A stretch of DNA of 64,000 nucleotides from contig JALDTO010000142.1 in NCBI GenBank assembly GCA_023515725.1, forward strand, positions 310,001 to 374,000. The letters are read 5' to 3'. The DNA is from Amoeboaphelidium protococcarum X5. Taxonomy: Eukaryota; Fungi; Aphelidiomycota. The translations under genes and the position numbers were made by a program. Each line of letters begins with the position of its first letter. Position 1 is the stretch's first letter. Shown in pieces: positions 52,122 to 63,477 of the stretch. Below the pieces are notes generated by a model. The model saw only the letters and a program-made list of their open reading frames with translations. It had not been told where the DNA came from and made no database searches.

Positions 52122-53501
52122 ATGTCTTAAGAAATCGACTTGGAACAGGTACGGCAGTTAGTAAATTAAGGTTTGAAGCGCAAGGAAATTTTAGATACTC
52201 TAAATTCTAGTGGAACAATCTGCTCCAAGTCCAAATTGGACCGGTTTATGACTGAACATGGATTGAGTACTGCTTTAAATAGAGCCACATTTGCGGATTA
52301 AAGTGAACATTGGATTGAAGAAGCTCGCCATCTAATTAATGGCGGGTCCACTTAACAATAATTATTGGATTGGCTGAAATAGAAGCATAATATTTAAATG
52401 TCCTTAAGGACTTTGCAATCGATTTTGTCGCAGCATTAAATTGGAACGAGACATTGTGCGCTATCTCCTGTCGAAGTTTTGGATTTAGTGCATGTTGTAA
52501 ATCAGGATGAAGGTGAAAGATTGGGAATTAGATCAACTACATAAGTCCTTCGTGAACTATCAGGCCAATAAGTATCTCGAGACATGGTTATGGTTTGCTA
52601 AAGATTCGACAATCCAGAGGCTGTGTAAATGCGTAAAAGGCGCAAGTTGAAACGCCGTGAATATTAAAATGATGGTCCTAATTAAGTGTGGCATATAGAT
52701 GGCTTCGATAAGCTGTCGTAGTTTGGCTTTGGAATAAGTGCGTGTGTAGATGGTTTTAGTAGGTATGTTGTGTTTAGTATGGTCGCAGATACGAATAGGC
52801 CCGCGCGTTACATACTGGAATATTTTCTGGATGCGGCTGACAAATGCAATGTTATGCCTGGAAAAGTTCGTGTTGATGGCGGAACTGAGAACAATTACAT
52901 CAAGTAATTGCAAGAAATATTGGTAGGTGAGAACTCTTATATTGTGGGTTCATCCAATTTCAATACGCGTATAGAAAGTTACTGGGGCAGATAGAATCAT
53001 TATGGGCTTGAATATTGGATAGGAACGCTGAACAATCTTCACTTTGCAGGTTATTTTAATACCACGCTTTATTCTCATAAGACAATTTCTCAGTATTGTT
53101 TTGGACATTATATCGCTGAGTGTTTAGATAAAATTACCACCTTGTGGAATTACCATAAGATTCGAAATCAAGGACAGCCCATCATGCGTTATCAAGTTCC
53201 CGAGATGTTTGATGGAGTAGAATGTGGTTTGGAGCCTCCTCAAGACATGCGTGATATGGCTATTCAATTGTTTGGACCAAGTACTATAGATATGAATGAT
53301 AGGTTTAGAATTAATTACGCTAGGCATCTTATTGATGAAGTTGTTATAGAGAAAGGTTTTGATCAACTTACCTTTGACAATTGTCAAGATGTGTTCAAGG
53401 CTTTAGTGTCCGATGGCGATCTCGTAAGCGCGCTGGATGCATTTAGAGATTAATTGTTGATAGCAGAATAGTAAGTGAGAGGGTAGGAAATTGCTTAGTG
53501 A
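52122..53501 (+). CDS. DDE transposase/integrase-core protein with tandem N-terminal HTH (Clr5-like) domains (459 aa)
   Basis: LKRREYQNDGPNQVWHIDGFDKL (D), ACVDGFSR, KVRVDGGTEN (D), SNFNTRIESYW (E), WNYHKIR; intact frame. Confidence 0.92.
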
Positions 53502-53586
53502 AGAATGGTCTGAATAATTAAAAATTTCTTATTGCTATTACTATCTTTACGTACTCATTGTTAACTCCACCAGAGCTACTAAATAC

Positions 53587-55602
53587 TCAATCCTCAGTCA
53601 AAGTTGGCAATTTCTTCTACGCAGCATTTTTAGCACGCGTATTAGGTCTTCTGCTAGACGGACGTATGTTTTTAACAATAGGATCCACCAACTTAATCTT
53701 AGATTTCTCCTTTACTATCTGCAAATCCTGAGTGGCTTGATTATTAACTTCTACCTGTTTAGACACAGAAGTTATGGAGACATCCGACTTCAATGATGTC
53801 TTCTACTATCCAAGAGGATTAGGAGCGGCCTATGCTGGAGATCCAAACACAGTGGACTCGAATTTATCCATTAAGAGAGAATCTTCCATAATCTTCTCCA
53901 TTACTAAAGACGGAATGGTCGCGACATCTAAATGCAAAGCCTTGCAAATCTAATTGCACTAGTGCATAACGAAGAACTTCACAATTGCTGGTAAACCCAT
54001 ATTGCCAATACTGCAATCGGTGCCATTGACAGTGCACACCTAAAGATCTGTAAAGTGACACTTAGAGCCTTGAATATCAACTATCATTTACTCGTAGTTC
54101 TCCTTCTCAAACCAATAATAGGAGTAATGGGCAAAAGCCCAGGCCACTTCTTCACGAAAGTTCTCCTCATAAGTCTGATCATCATCACAAATTTGCATAA
54201 AATGCTCGTTGTCGATATACTTCACAAATTGGCCATCTACGAAGGGTTCAACTGTCCATATCTTTGCTAGATCCACCATATCACCAAATTCCTCATTTTA
54301 TTTGTCTCTAATCTCCAGCATCACGCCAGCACAAACTCCACGCTACTCACCAGCAACCTATAGATATTCTTAACCCAGCAGCGTCTTAATCAATTCCGCG
54401 TCAAAATCTAGGAAGCACCTTTGAGCGCAAACAGAGTTTAATATTTCCCTAGCATGTAATCCATAATCATCGTCATCCTTATCAATTGCGCACTTAAAGA
54501 CTACTGGCAGATCTGGAAAAAACTTGACCAGAGATCCATTATAGTAGCATCTTTTTATATTCCCTTTGTTAGTCTTTCCTGCCAGATCTGGCATTCCAAC
54601 TACTCCTGGATCCTCAGTGAACCAGGAGCCTGTTTCATAGTCGTAGACATGCACAACCACACTGCCTTACAAGGAGCGCGTATTTTTTATTACACGCTGA
54701 GGGGACACCTTGGAAATGTTTTCAAACTAGCAAAACTTATTCTTATGTTCAATCTAACTATTTCTCGCAACATTTGAACTGACAGGTATGATCGTAGACT
54801 CCTGCGCAGATTTGATCTTTTTGACAGGCTTGACAGGTTGAATAATAGGCTCATCTAAAGTACGCGTCGGTTCAACAATTTCAAAATCATCCTTATCCTG
54901 CATCTTCTCATCTGGCAAACCATACTAGTAATCAAAGTCCTCGACATTCAAAAAATTCAGCTACTGTAGAGACTCATAGTTTCTCTTTAAACTAGGATGC
55001 AATTACACGCGATTGCTTTCAACCAACGGAATCAAATATAGCACCTTATCCTTATTAGAGGTATACTTACATCCTGCCAATTGAATATTCTGGGTCCATT
55101 ATATTACGTCAAAATCAACTCCAAATTAGGGGATTTGGTGGATTTGACTTTGTCCAATTGACGATTGCTCAACTTGATAGTGAAACAATGCACAAGCTTA
55201 TGCTAAGACAGATTGATAATTGTCATTATACTTGTCAATCTAAATCATCTATGGGCCAACATTTTCCAGACGCTTAAATTATCCAACCTTTGATCCTGAA
55301 ATACAAGGGACAATGCTAATTTGCACCAGCGCGTTTTTACGCGTCAAACCTCTATTTCCACTACCAGGACCGTTTCTATGAACAGGGGGCGGCGGCTTAG
55401 TCTGGTATCCACTGTGCAATCTATTTACCATTGACTCGGTTCTTGTCTGCACCGCAAGCTTTTTCTTTTACTCAAATTGCATTTGTGAATGCATCAACTA
55501 GGCTTGCGCCTATTGCCAAGATTTACATCCAGCACAATGACAGTCCTCCCTTTTGAGTCCGGACGAATTGGGACATAACACATCTTACAACGGATTAAAC
55601 AT
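53587..55602 (-). CDS. Alpha-kinase (eEF2K/MHCK family) domain protein, intronless (671 aa)
   Basis: KGNIKRCY, VVFKC, WTVEPFVDGQFVKY, AFAHYSY, MIVDIQG, FTDLQVCT, GNMGLPAIVKFFVMHQCNQICKAL (Zn-binding tail). Confidence 0.9.
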
Positions 55603-56342
55603 GCTTGATACTGATTCTATTCAAAAGACACTAGGATATAGATATCAACTAAAGAGATTGCGTATATTTGTCGCGTTTTAGTTATCTGAACTATGAGAGC
55701 TGTTATTAATAATATGATTGCGTAAGATCTTAGAGTGGCGTAAGGGGGGTGGCGCAGCAAGTAATGACAACACTACGGCGTCCCAATGCTGCATTGCTTA
55801 TACCTGTATGCTTATCTCGCAAATAAGATTGTACGTTGTTAAAAAGTAGTTTAGTGAATAGTGTGTAAGAGATAATAAAGTATCATTCAGTATCAAAACA
55901 ATTTATCACAAATAATCGCTTACTTACTGTTAAATTGCAAGCGCCAGTTTCGAGATTAACGCATCAAGCAATCAGTTGTGACAAAGATCGAGCAACCACT
56001 ACTCACAAACAGTTTGCAAATTTTTGCTTGAGGTTTGGTGCATATATTTCTTTACTAGAGAAGCGGAGCAAATACTGCTATATTAAAAATCTTGAGATAT
56101 TTACACCAATACTGCTGCAGTTGCGCAAGTTGCACATTAAAGTAAAGCAACACACACACGGTGCATGACTAATACATTTGATTTTGCAGCATGATATAAA
56201 TAAGAAAGTAATCACAAAAATTAATCAATTTGTTAAGTCGCATTCGCGTATTACAAGTGCAAAAACGTTATGTATTAATGTGAGGCACTGATTGCGGCTC
56301 TCGAACATTAAAAACAAAAACAGTTGTAAGAAACAAATATTC

Positions 56343-56392
56343 GTTTCTGCTTTTTAAATAGCGACGCGCTTTTGCGGCTCTCGGATTCCGTA
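56343..56392 (-). repeat. Right TIR; subterminal copy of its core motif at 56292-56306
   Basis: Reverse complement TACGGAATCCGAGAGCCGCAAAAGCGCGTCGCTATTTAAAA; internal GTTCGAGAGCCGCAA. Confidence 0.85.
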
Positions 56393-57525
56393 GACGCGAG
56401 AAAACAGCGCCACAAACTTCGTCATTCGAATCAATCGACTCTCCCACGATGGCACACAAGCACCTGATCCAGCAATTGTCCACCAGATTACTCATAGAAG
56501 GCGGAAAGGTTATATTCCATTTGCCGCCATTCTTGTTCGCATCATCCTCCCATATCGGCTTAATTCCATCTCTGAACACGTGGAAATTGGCGTTCAACTC
56601 CACTTGAGATGGAGGTTTCAAGTGGTTGATATACTTCCAAAACAACTGCACAGACTTGAAGCGACAGATGGATACAAGTTGACTCTCATACTGATCCACA
56701 TTATGAGCACCAGGCTTTGAAGTTAAACCACGTCTATCGTATTACACATGCCACATTGAGGTAAAAGGCAGGCGACCAATGTCAGACGTGACACTCTTAT
56801 TAGAGTTATTGTTATTTTCATTCACTTCGCCATCTTTCTAATCACCACCGTTAGTCACCTTGGCAGTCCGCGGCGAAAAATATTAATCTATGGCTGCTGA
56901 TTAAGCACTCTTTGGCGATGAAGTGAGCTAGGCATTCAATTTACGTCTCACCTCAGGAGGTAGATCAATAGATACTTTCAATCGACTGCTCATACTTGGC
57001 GATGATCTGTTCTCCGCCGTTCTCGAATTCTTGGTCTCAGACAATGGAGTCCTGGTCAGTACAGATCCATTCTATCCTTTACCGGTTGGAGTCTTGCTGC
57101 TGATGAGAGAAGGATCAGAAAATTGAACATCCTCCTTGTATCCGATACTCCCAGCCTTAGCCATGAAGAGCTTCAGTTTTTTATCTCTGTCCTCCATCTC
57201 TTTCAGAACATCAGTATTACCGCTAGCCTTCAGCTTCTCAAAAGATTACATAAACATCATATTGCGGTGTGTACTTAAAACTTTGCTGGTAGTAGAAGTT
57301 GTGCTGGTGATACTCTATTACAGAACGATTTGAGATGATGACGATGATGCAGGTCTTTTACTCAGCACTTGATCCAATTTCTTGGACATTTCCTAAATAT
57401 CTTTCGGGATGCTCTTTGTACTCTTTATACTCTCACCTACCATACATTTAATGTCTTACATAGAATATTGATCATAAATTATAATTCAGAGTGTAAAACA
57501 TACCACTTGATTTAATCTCATTCAT
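56393..57525 (-). pseudogene. eIF4E-family cap-binding protein with long N-terminal extension, 3'-truncated by the transposon
   Basis: SVQLFWKYINHLKPPS, FHVFRDGIKPIWEDDANKNGGKW, VCGAVFSR, then homology stops exactly at the TIR; predicted intron near 57455-57503. Confidence 0.85.
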
Positions 57526-58016
57526 ACGGCCATGACTAAGGTTCTTCAAGTCATTGCTATTACTATGACTGAGACTATCGTTCTTGTCACTGCCGCGCTG
57601 ATGTGTCTACTCGGACATTCGTTGCGCCATACTTACTCACTTGCTGATCGATTGATTGACTGTCTGACTGTCTGTCTGTCTGTCTGTCTGCTGTATTGTT
57701 CCACTCAAAGCGAACGGGAAAGAAACAGCGACGACGAGGCGATCTGTTGTTTCAGAAAAGGAATTGAACGGAGGATTCACTAATGGAATAGAGAAGGGCA
57801 CAATAGGGAGATAGGCGTAGATCCATATGATAAATGTGTTTACTCAGAATTACTGACTAATTGGTTACATTGGCGATAGGAGATGTATTTATCAGCTTTA
57901 CATCTTCAGTCATTTGGTACCGAAAGAACGCTAAATATAACTACCTCGCGTTCGTGTCGTTCTCTCAGGGATTCTTTCATATCCAACTATTGGGCGATTT
58001 TAGTATTGATATCAGA

Positions 58017-59524
58017 ATGGTTATGACTGATCCTGTAGACGAGTATTTTGAGTTGCTGTCCAGAAGCTAATTTAAAGCAGTTCCCATTATACCATCTAAT
58101 GAGAGTGGAGACTTGGACAAGTGGATATCTGATAATGGAATAGAACTGAAAGGTGTTTAAGTAGTGTATAAAGATGGCATGAATCGCGTCATTTGTAAAC
58201 AGAGTATAAAGGTTAGTTTGCATTGTCATCAGTAATCAGAGTCATGTTTTTCCATTAATTATTATGCGTGTGTAGACTGGGGAGGAGGTGATTAAAGTTC
58301 CTAGAGATGCAATGATCACAGCATCTACAGCATTGGGGGATGATGATGACTATTCCAAGTTGAATTTGTACGTTAATTCTAGTAAATTGATCAACAGGTT
58401 TCCAATGTACAAAATCATCTTATTTATGCTAATACATGCTGGCAAGTCTTAGTCCAAGTGGCGTCCATATCTTGATAGACTGCCACGTAACTTTAATATT
58501 CCCTTTTGGATGGACTAGAAGATAGTGAAGCAGATACTTGGTCAAACTTCTGCATATTTAGAATTTAGCCGAGCGGTCAAGTTTATAACGCGTCAGTATT
58601 AAATGTTGTGTCAATGGGTTGATCAACTGCCACAGGAACTTGGTTAATGTGTTCCGAAATTCAGTTTTAGAGATTACATATGGGCATAGTGCATTCTGTT
58701 TACCAGGTAGAATGCCGTTCCTTCAACTTCGCCTAATACTGCCTCTGTTGACTCCGCTTCCTAGGATGTTATCGCGTTGATTCCCATCTGGGATATGGTT
58801 AATCATAAAGATGGACTCCTATTTACCGAGTATGATTTATAAAGTGATTGTCTGGTGTCGCGATCTAATTCTGACTATCATTAAGGAGAAGAGTATTGCA
58901 TGTGCTATGGAAATCGCTCCAATATGGATCTATTGCTATACTCTGGATTTATACTTTCTCAGCGGACAAGTCTAGATTTAGAATCTGTTAAAATCTAAGT
59001 GAGTTTAACCAACTCGAAACATCCATTGTACAGTTAACGCGCAGAGTTACTATAGCTGTATCATCTATAATCGTAAATCTCTTGTTCGCATCTTTGGTGC
59101 CTAACATTCTAAGTAACACTCGCTTATCTATGTAGACCACAAGTTTTGACTTTGCATCATAATTTACGTAGTCCCGATAACGTGAAGCTATAGATCTATT
59201 TGAATATTTTACTGGGAGACAAGGAGAGTTTAGATCGCTATCAGAATCAATAAATGTCTCCCTTGGAGTTTGATCAAGTGTAAAAAAAGTTTTTAATATT
59301 GACTCTTGAAAAGAATTTAAGGTAAGATACTGACAATGCATTGTAAATATATAAGAAATAACGTTATTAAGTGATGTAGAGAATTTAAAGCAGTAGATGA
59401 TCAAGATCTTTTAGATTCAGAATCTGGTAAAGTGTTGATTGAATATCGAAATTTTGAAAGACGTGTTATAGAGAGCATGTTAAGTCAACTTAAAGATAAG
59501 ACATCCAAGTCTGATACTAAATGA
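58017..59524 (+). CDS. SETD3-like SET domain methyltransferase (about 2 introns)
   Basis: SKWRPYLDRLP, WAQCILFTRQNAVP, ALIPIWDMVNH, YGNRSNMDLLLYSGF. Confidence 0.85.
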
Positions 59525-59553
59525 ACAATCTGTAATTATACATGAAATATATA

Positions 59554-60471
59554 TCATCTGCTCATTAGTTTCATTAGTTGCTCATAAGCGAGGAACGTGG
59601 CCGCATTGACAGGTGCAGCTCTAAGCATACACGGCCAGAAGCCTCGGTACAGTCCAGCTATACCATCCACTTTAAGAGTCTTGATGAGACAGTCCACCAT
59701 GCCACGATACTTTTAATTAGATATATTCAGCGCGTCAGTCTACAGTCGGCTCTTAACGGAGTCAATTGGGAAGATTGGAATCCACATGACATACCCGGCC
59801 ACTGCACCAAAAGTCATAACTTGCCACACTGGAAGATCTCCACTACCAGCAGCCGATTGTGGTCCCATTGATTATCTCGCCCTTTGAACTAGAGTCTCAT
59901 AAGCCCAAAAGTATCCACCATATCCCTACCACTCCCTCAACATTGTCACTCCTTATCCTTTGTATATACCGCGGATTCCGAATTATTTAAAGATCTACTT
60001 GGCGCAATCATAAGTGGATTTATACTGTGCACCACCAGACTAACCTGGCGACGTTGTCTACACCTGCATTCTAGTTCTAATGTGTTCCACGGGACCAGAG
60101 ATGAGAGAATTTGCAACACCAGCAATACCACCGCTAACATACAGCTGAAGCGGTGTAAATTCATGGACATTACGCGCTGCATTACTCTCCTTGAACCTTC
60201 TCTTCATGTGCTCCAGCGTTGCAAATTGTATGCTGACACAGAACGCAATTCCAGCCAGCGGACTCATCGTCCCTTTGTACAGGGCCAGAGCACCTTCCCT
60301 CTGTACCGTCTAACGGAGGCAATCTAACGCGCCGCCATACTACAACACAGATCCTTGACTTTACAATCTCACCTTGATAGTGTCAAATGGCTGCGCAATA
60401 AGAACTTGCACCACACCGCTACCAGTTCCGGCCGCAAGTTCCTTGAATACTTGTTAATTCTACGCTGACAT
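59554..60471 (-). CDS. Mitochondrial carrier (SLC25; YMC1/carnitine-carrier-like)
   Basis: QPFDTIKVRLQ, GPVEHIRTRMQ, FPIDSVKSRLQTD signature repeats; RAAPVNAATF. Confidence 0.95.
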
Positions 60472-60597
60472 AGGTTTAATCGGTAAATATAATCGGGAAA
60501 TGTAGAAATTAACGAAGATAAAAGAGAAATAGAAAATTCACTAGAAATAATCTAAATAATAAACTATCTTGGCATTTCAAGATTTAGTATTGTTAAT

Positions 60598-61829
60598 TCA
60601 ATCCTCCTCTTCATATTCACTATCAGAGGCTGGTAACTCGGTGTCCTGATCAATATCAGAGTCCTCGTCGCTGTAAGATTAAACTTCCTCTTCATCCTCA
60701 GACAGCGGCTACTCCTAACCCTTAGATTCTTCCGCGTTACTCGTCTATGCAACCGACTCGTCAAATTTAACCTTCTTCCGCTCAACATTAGCCTCTTGCT
60801 CTTGACGGCGCTTCTTCTTTAACTGAATACGCTCCTAATATTTACGATGCTTCTCCTTGGCTTCTGCAGGCGTCAGTTTAATAACGTCATGATAAATCAC
60901 CTCACCATCACAGAATCCATCCTGGATCTTTCTCAACTTCATATCAATTCGAGGTCCAATCTCAGTCAACTTGATGGCGCGTTGTTGAGATTATTTATTA
61001 TTCTGACCGACATACTTCTCAGGAAGGGTGACTAGAGACTTATCTGCAGCATCTTCAACGTCAGACTCTGATACGACAGCATCTCTAAGAACGTACTCAC
61101 TGATATCCTCAAATTTGTGCAAATCAGGGATATCTGTCTGGATGATACGCTTCAAGCTCTTACTCACACCGACAATTTTCACATTGATGTAATAATGTCT
61201 AAAGCTTACGGACTTTCGCTCCTTGTCATAATTAATCAACACAATTCTACGACAGTCTGACGCGTGTATCTTTTACAAATTTAGTGATGGGAATAGATTC
61301 TGGAACATTGTGGCCATCAGCTTGACGTGTTTATCTTCGGAATTAAAGTTATTGAGTACAAGCAGAGGAGCCTGAGAGTACTCTTTACCAGGACTTCTTG
61401 GCTTTGCCTAACACGCAATAATATCTCGGATAAGAGCGTATTGTTCGATTTTAAAAGTCAAGGTGGGACCTTTAGGCGACTTGGCGATTCTAAGACTGGT
61501 GGAATTGTCAGTCTATGACAGCAGCATCATGTGCGATACTCCCATAAGACCGGCTACACTCACAAAATCCTTCAGCTTATTCTTTCTACGCGCCTTCAGC
61601 TTTGCAGCCGTATTTGGCTCCATCACTTTACGGATATCAAGTAGAAGCTGATTCGCCGAGGTGGTAAGCTTGTTGGTCTAGATCACAAAAGTCTTTGGCA
61701 CATTCTTCAAATTTGGATCATCATCCTCCTCCTTCTTGTGCGTTCTCTTCTTCTTCTACACATTATAATAATTAACGGCAAATACACTATTGTTAATAAT
61801 ATAGATAAATAGAATCTTACTCTAACCAT
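60598..61829 (-). CDS. SSF1: Brix-domain ribosome biogenesis protein Ssf1/Peter Pan (1 intron)
   Basis: VPKTFVI, RKVMEPNTAAKLKARRKNKLKDF, PKGPTLTF, FRHYYI, IKLTEIGPRI. Confidence 0.95.
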
Positions 61830-61950
61830 GGTTTCTATTACTATCAAATACTTTGCGTGATTTTCGCGTTTCGCTCTTCAAAGAGAAAGAAGTAAAGGAA
61901 GCGCTTCTACCCAGTTCAATCAATAAAGCACAGTTTTATAAAGGGGGACA

Positions 61951-62748
61951 ATGGGCGCTGCATAGAGTTAGGACTTAAATTTAGACGAGTTGGGCCCAAA
62001 AGTTGGATTTCATGTACTGGATGTAAAATAAGAGTCTCCCGCTCATTAAGCTGGCCTTGAAGCGTACTTTTCATACGTGCTCTCTATTAACGATGTCAGG
62101 TTGTCTGAGCCTGGATCCGCTGCTGATCTTGTTAATACTCTGCGCGAGAATATAGACAAAGAGGTACAAGTCTTGATTTATAATTCCAAATTGTAATCAT
62201 TGAAGTATCTTACTGTTGTTCCCTCCACTGGTTGGCCTGGTTGTAGGGATGATGAAATTTTGGGATGCTCATTAAGATTTTGCTCATTTCAGCACGCGGG
62301 AGAACAAGTGTGGCACGTTACAAAAGTTCATTCAAATAGTCCGGCTGAAGATGCAGAACTAATTCCAAATACAGACTACATCATCGGTGCACCTCTGCAT
62401 GTTCTCAAAGACAAAGATGACTTGTTTAGACTGGTGTAGTATCATATGCGAAAAGATCTACGTCTCATTGTTTACAACTGGGCCCAAGACCGGTGTCGCG
62501 AGGTGACCATTGTTCCAAACGATCAATGGGGTGGTGAGGGATCACTTGGCTGTGATATTGGCTATGGCATTCTTCATAAAATTCCAAATGTTTCATTTAA
62601 AGATGTTGATAAGTCCCCAGGTAGAGAGCTTAAACTAGAAGCTGATTCTGCTACTGAAAAGGAGAATACTAGTTTACCGGTCAGTCCAGGCATTATGGCT
62701 CAATAAATGAAGGTGGTCAGTGACGAAGAGCAGTCTAATGAACAATGA
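61951..62748 (+). CDS. GRH1: GRASP55/65 Golgi reassembly-stacking protein
   Basis: MGAAQS myristoylation start, [59 protein letters not shown]. Confidence 0.96.
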
Positions 62749-62846
62749 TAAATCATCTCATATCTCAATTTAATATTATTAAAGATACGCGACAATGCTA
62801 ATAATGTAATAAAGGCATCTATTAATTTTACAACCATAACAAGGAT

Positions 62847-63296
62847 TCAATTATCTTGATCATCAGGATCCTCCAGCATGGCGATCATTTATTACTTGCT
62901 GACTGAGTGTTAATCTTATAAAAGCTTTGTCAATTTCTTGTAAAACTCTTTCGGTTCAATCGGGACTGTAGTTTGCAGAGAGTGATGATCAGTATGCTCG
63001 TGATAAACGCACAATCCTTCAGGTAGTGTCATACCACCTCTAAGTACATAGATACGCGGCTCTCCACGCCATAATTTCAATATTTCCAGCATCTTATCAC
63101 TAGCAGGACGCAGTGACATCCCGTTGGGGATAGTAAATTTATCGCGCGGTTCTACCGGAGTGACCAATCCATTGTGGAGCTTCAAATCAAACGACGTTCT
63201 CCCCAGTGCCATTTAATCTTGATATGATCGCAATTTCACAGGCATAGAGCTTTGAACGCGATATAAAGTGTAAGGTAATTAAGTGTATCTTTTCAT
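62847..63296 (-). CDS. Tse2-like ADP-ribosyltransferase toxin domain protein (149 aa)
   Basis: LYRVQ..VKLR..SFDL, PNGMSLRP, IYVL..GMTLPEGLCVYHEHTDHHSLQ match the recalled ADPRTs_Tse2 pattern. Confidence 0.75.
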
Positions 63297-63477
63297 ATTT
63301 AATTTTAATGTACTGCCGCGTATATTTCTAATTACTTGTAGATACGTACCTAATAATGCGACGCGACGTATAGTACTGATCGGTTCAAAAATTCTAGAGT
63401 GAAGCGAAAATCAAGAGCCTAAGATTCATTGTTCGCCACAGAAATACAACTATCACTGTAGAAAATTTAATTTGGCT

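Larger units (their letters stand above)
51907..56392. mobile_element. IS3EU-like two-gene DNA transposon (4486 bp) with imperfect TIRs
   Basis: Termini TACGG...CCGTA; TIRs match at 33 of the first 41 nt without gaps; DDE transposase plus convergent second gene; right end cuts an eIF4E gene. Confidence 0.88.

Noticed and set aside
55935-56168. Third gene inside the transposon
   Set aside because: Short, non-ATG start, no domain; the opposite-strand open frame is explained as eIF4E read-through
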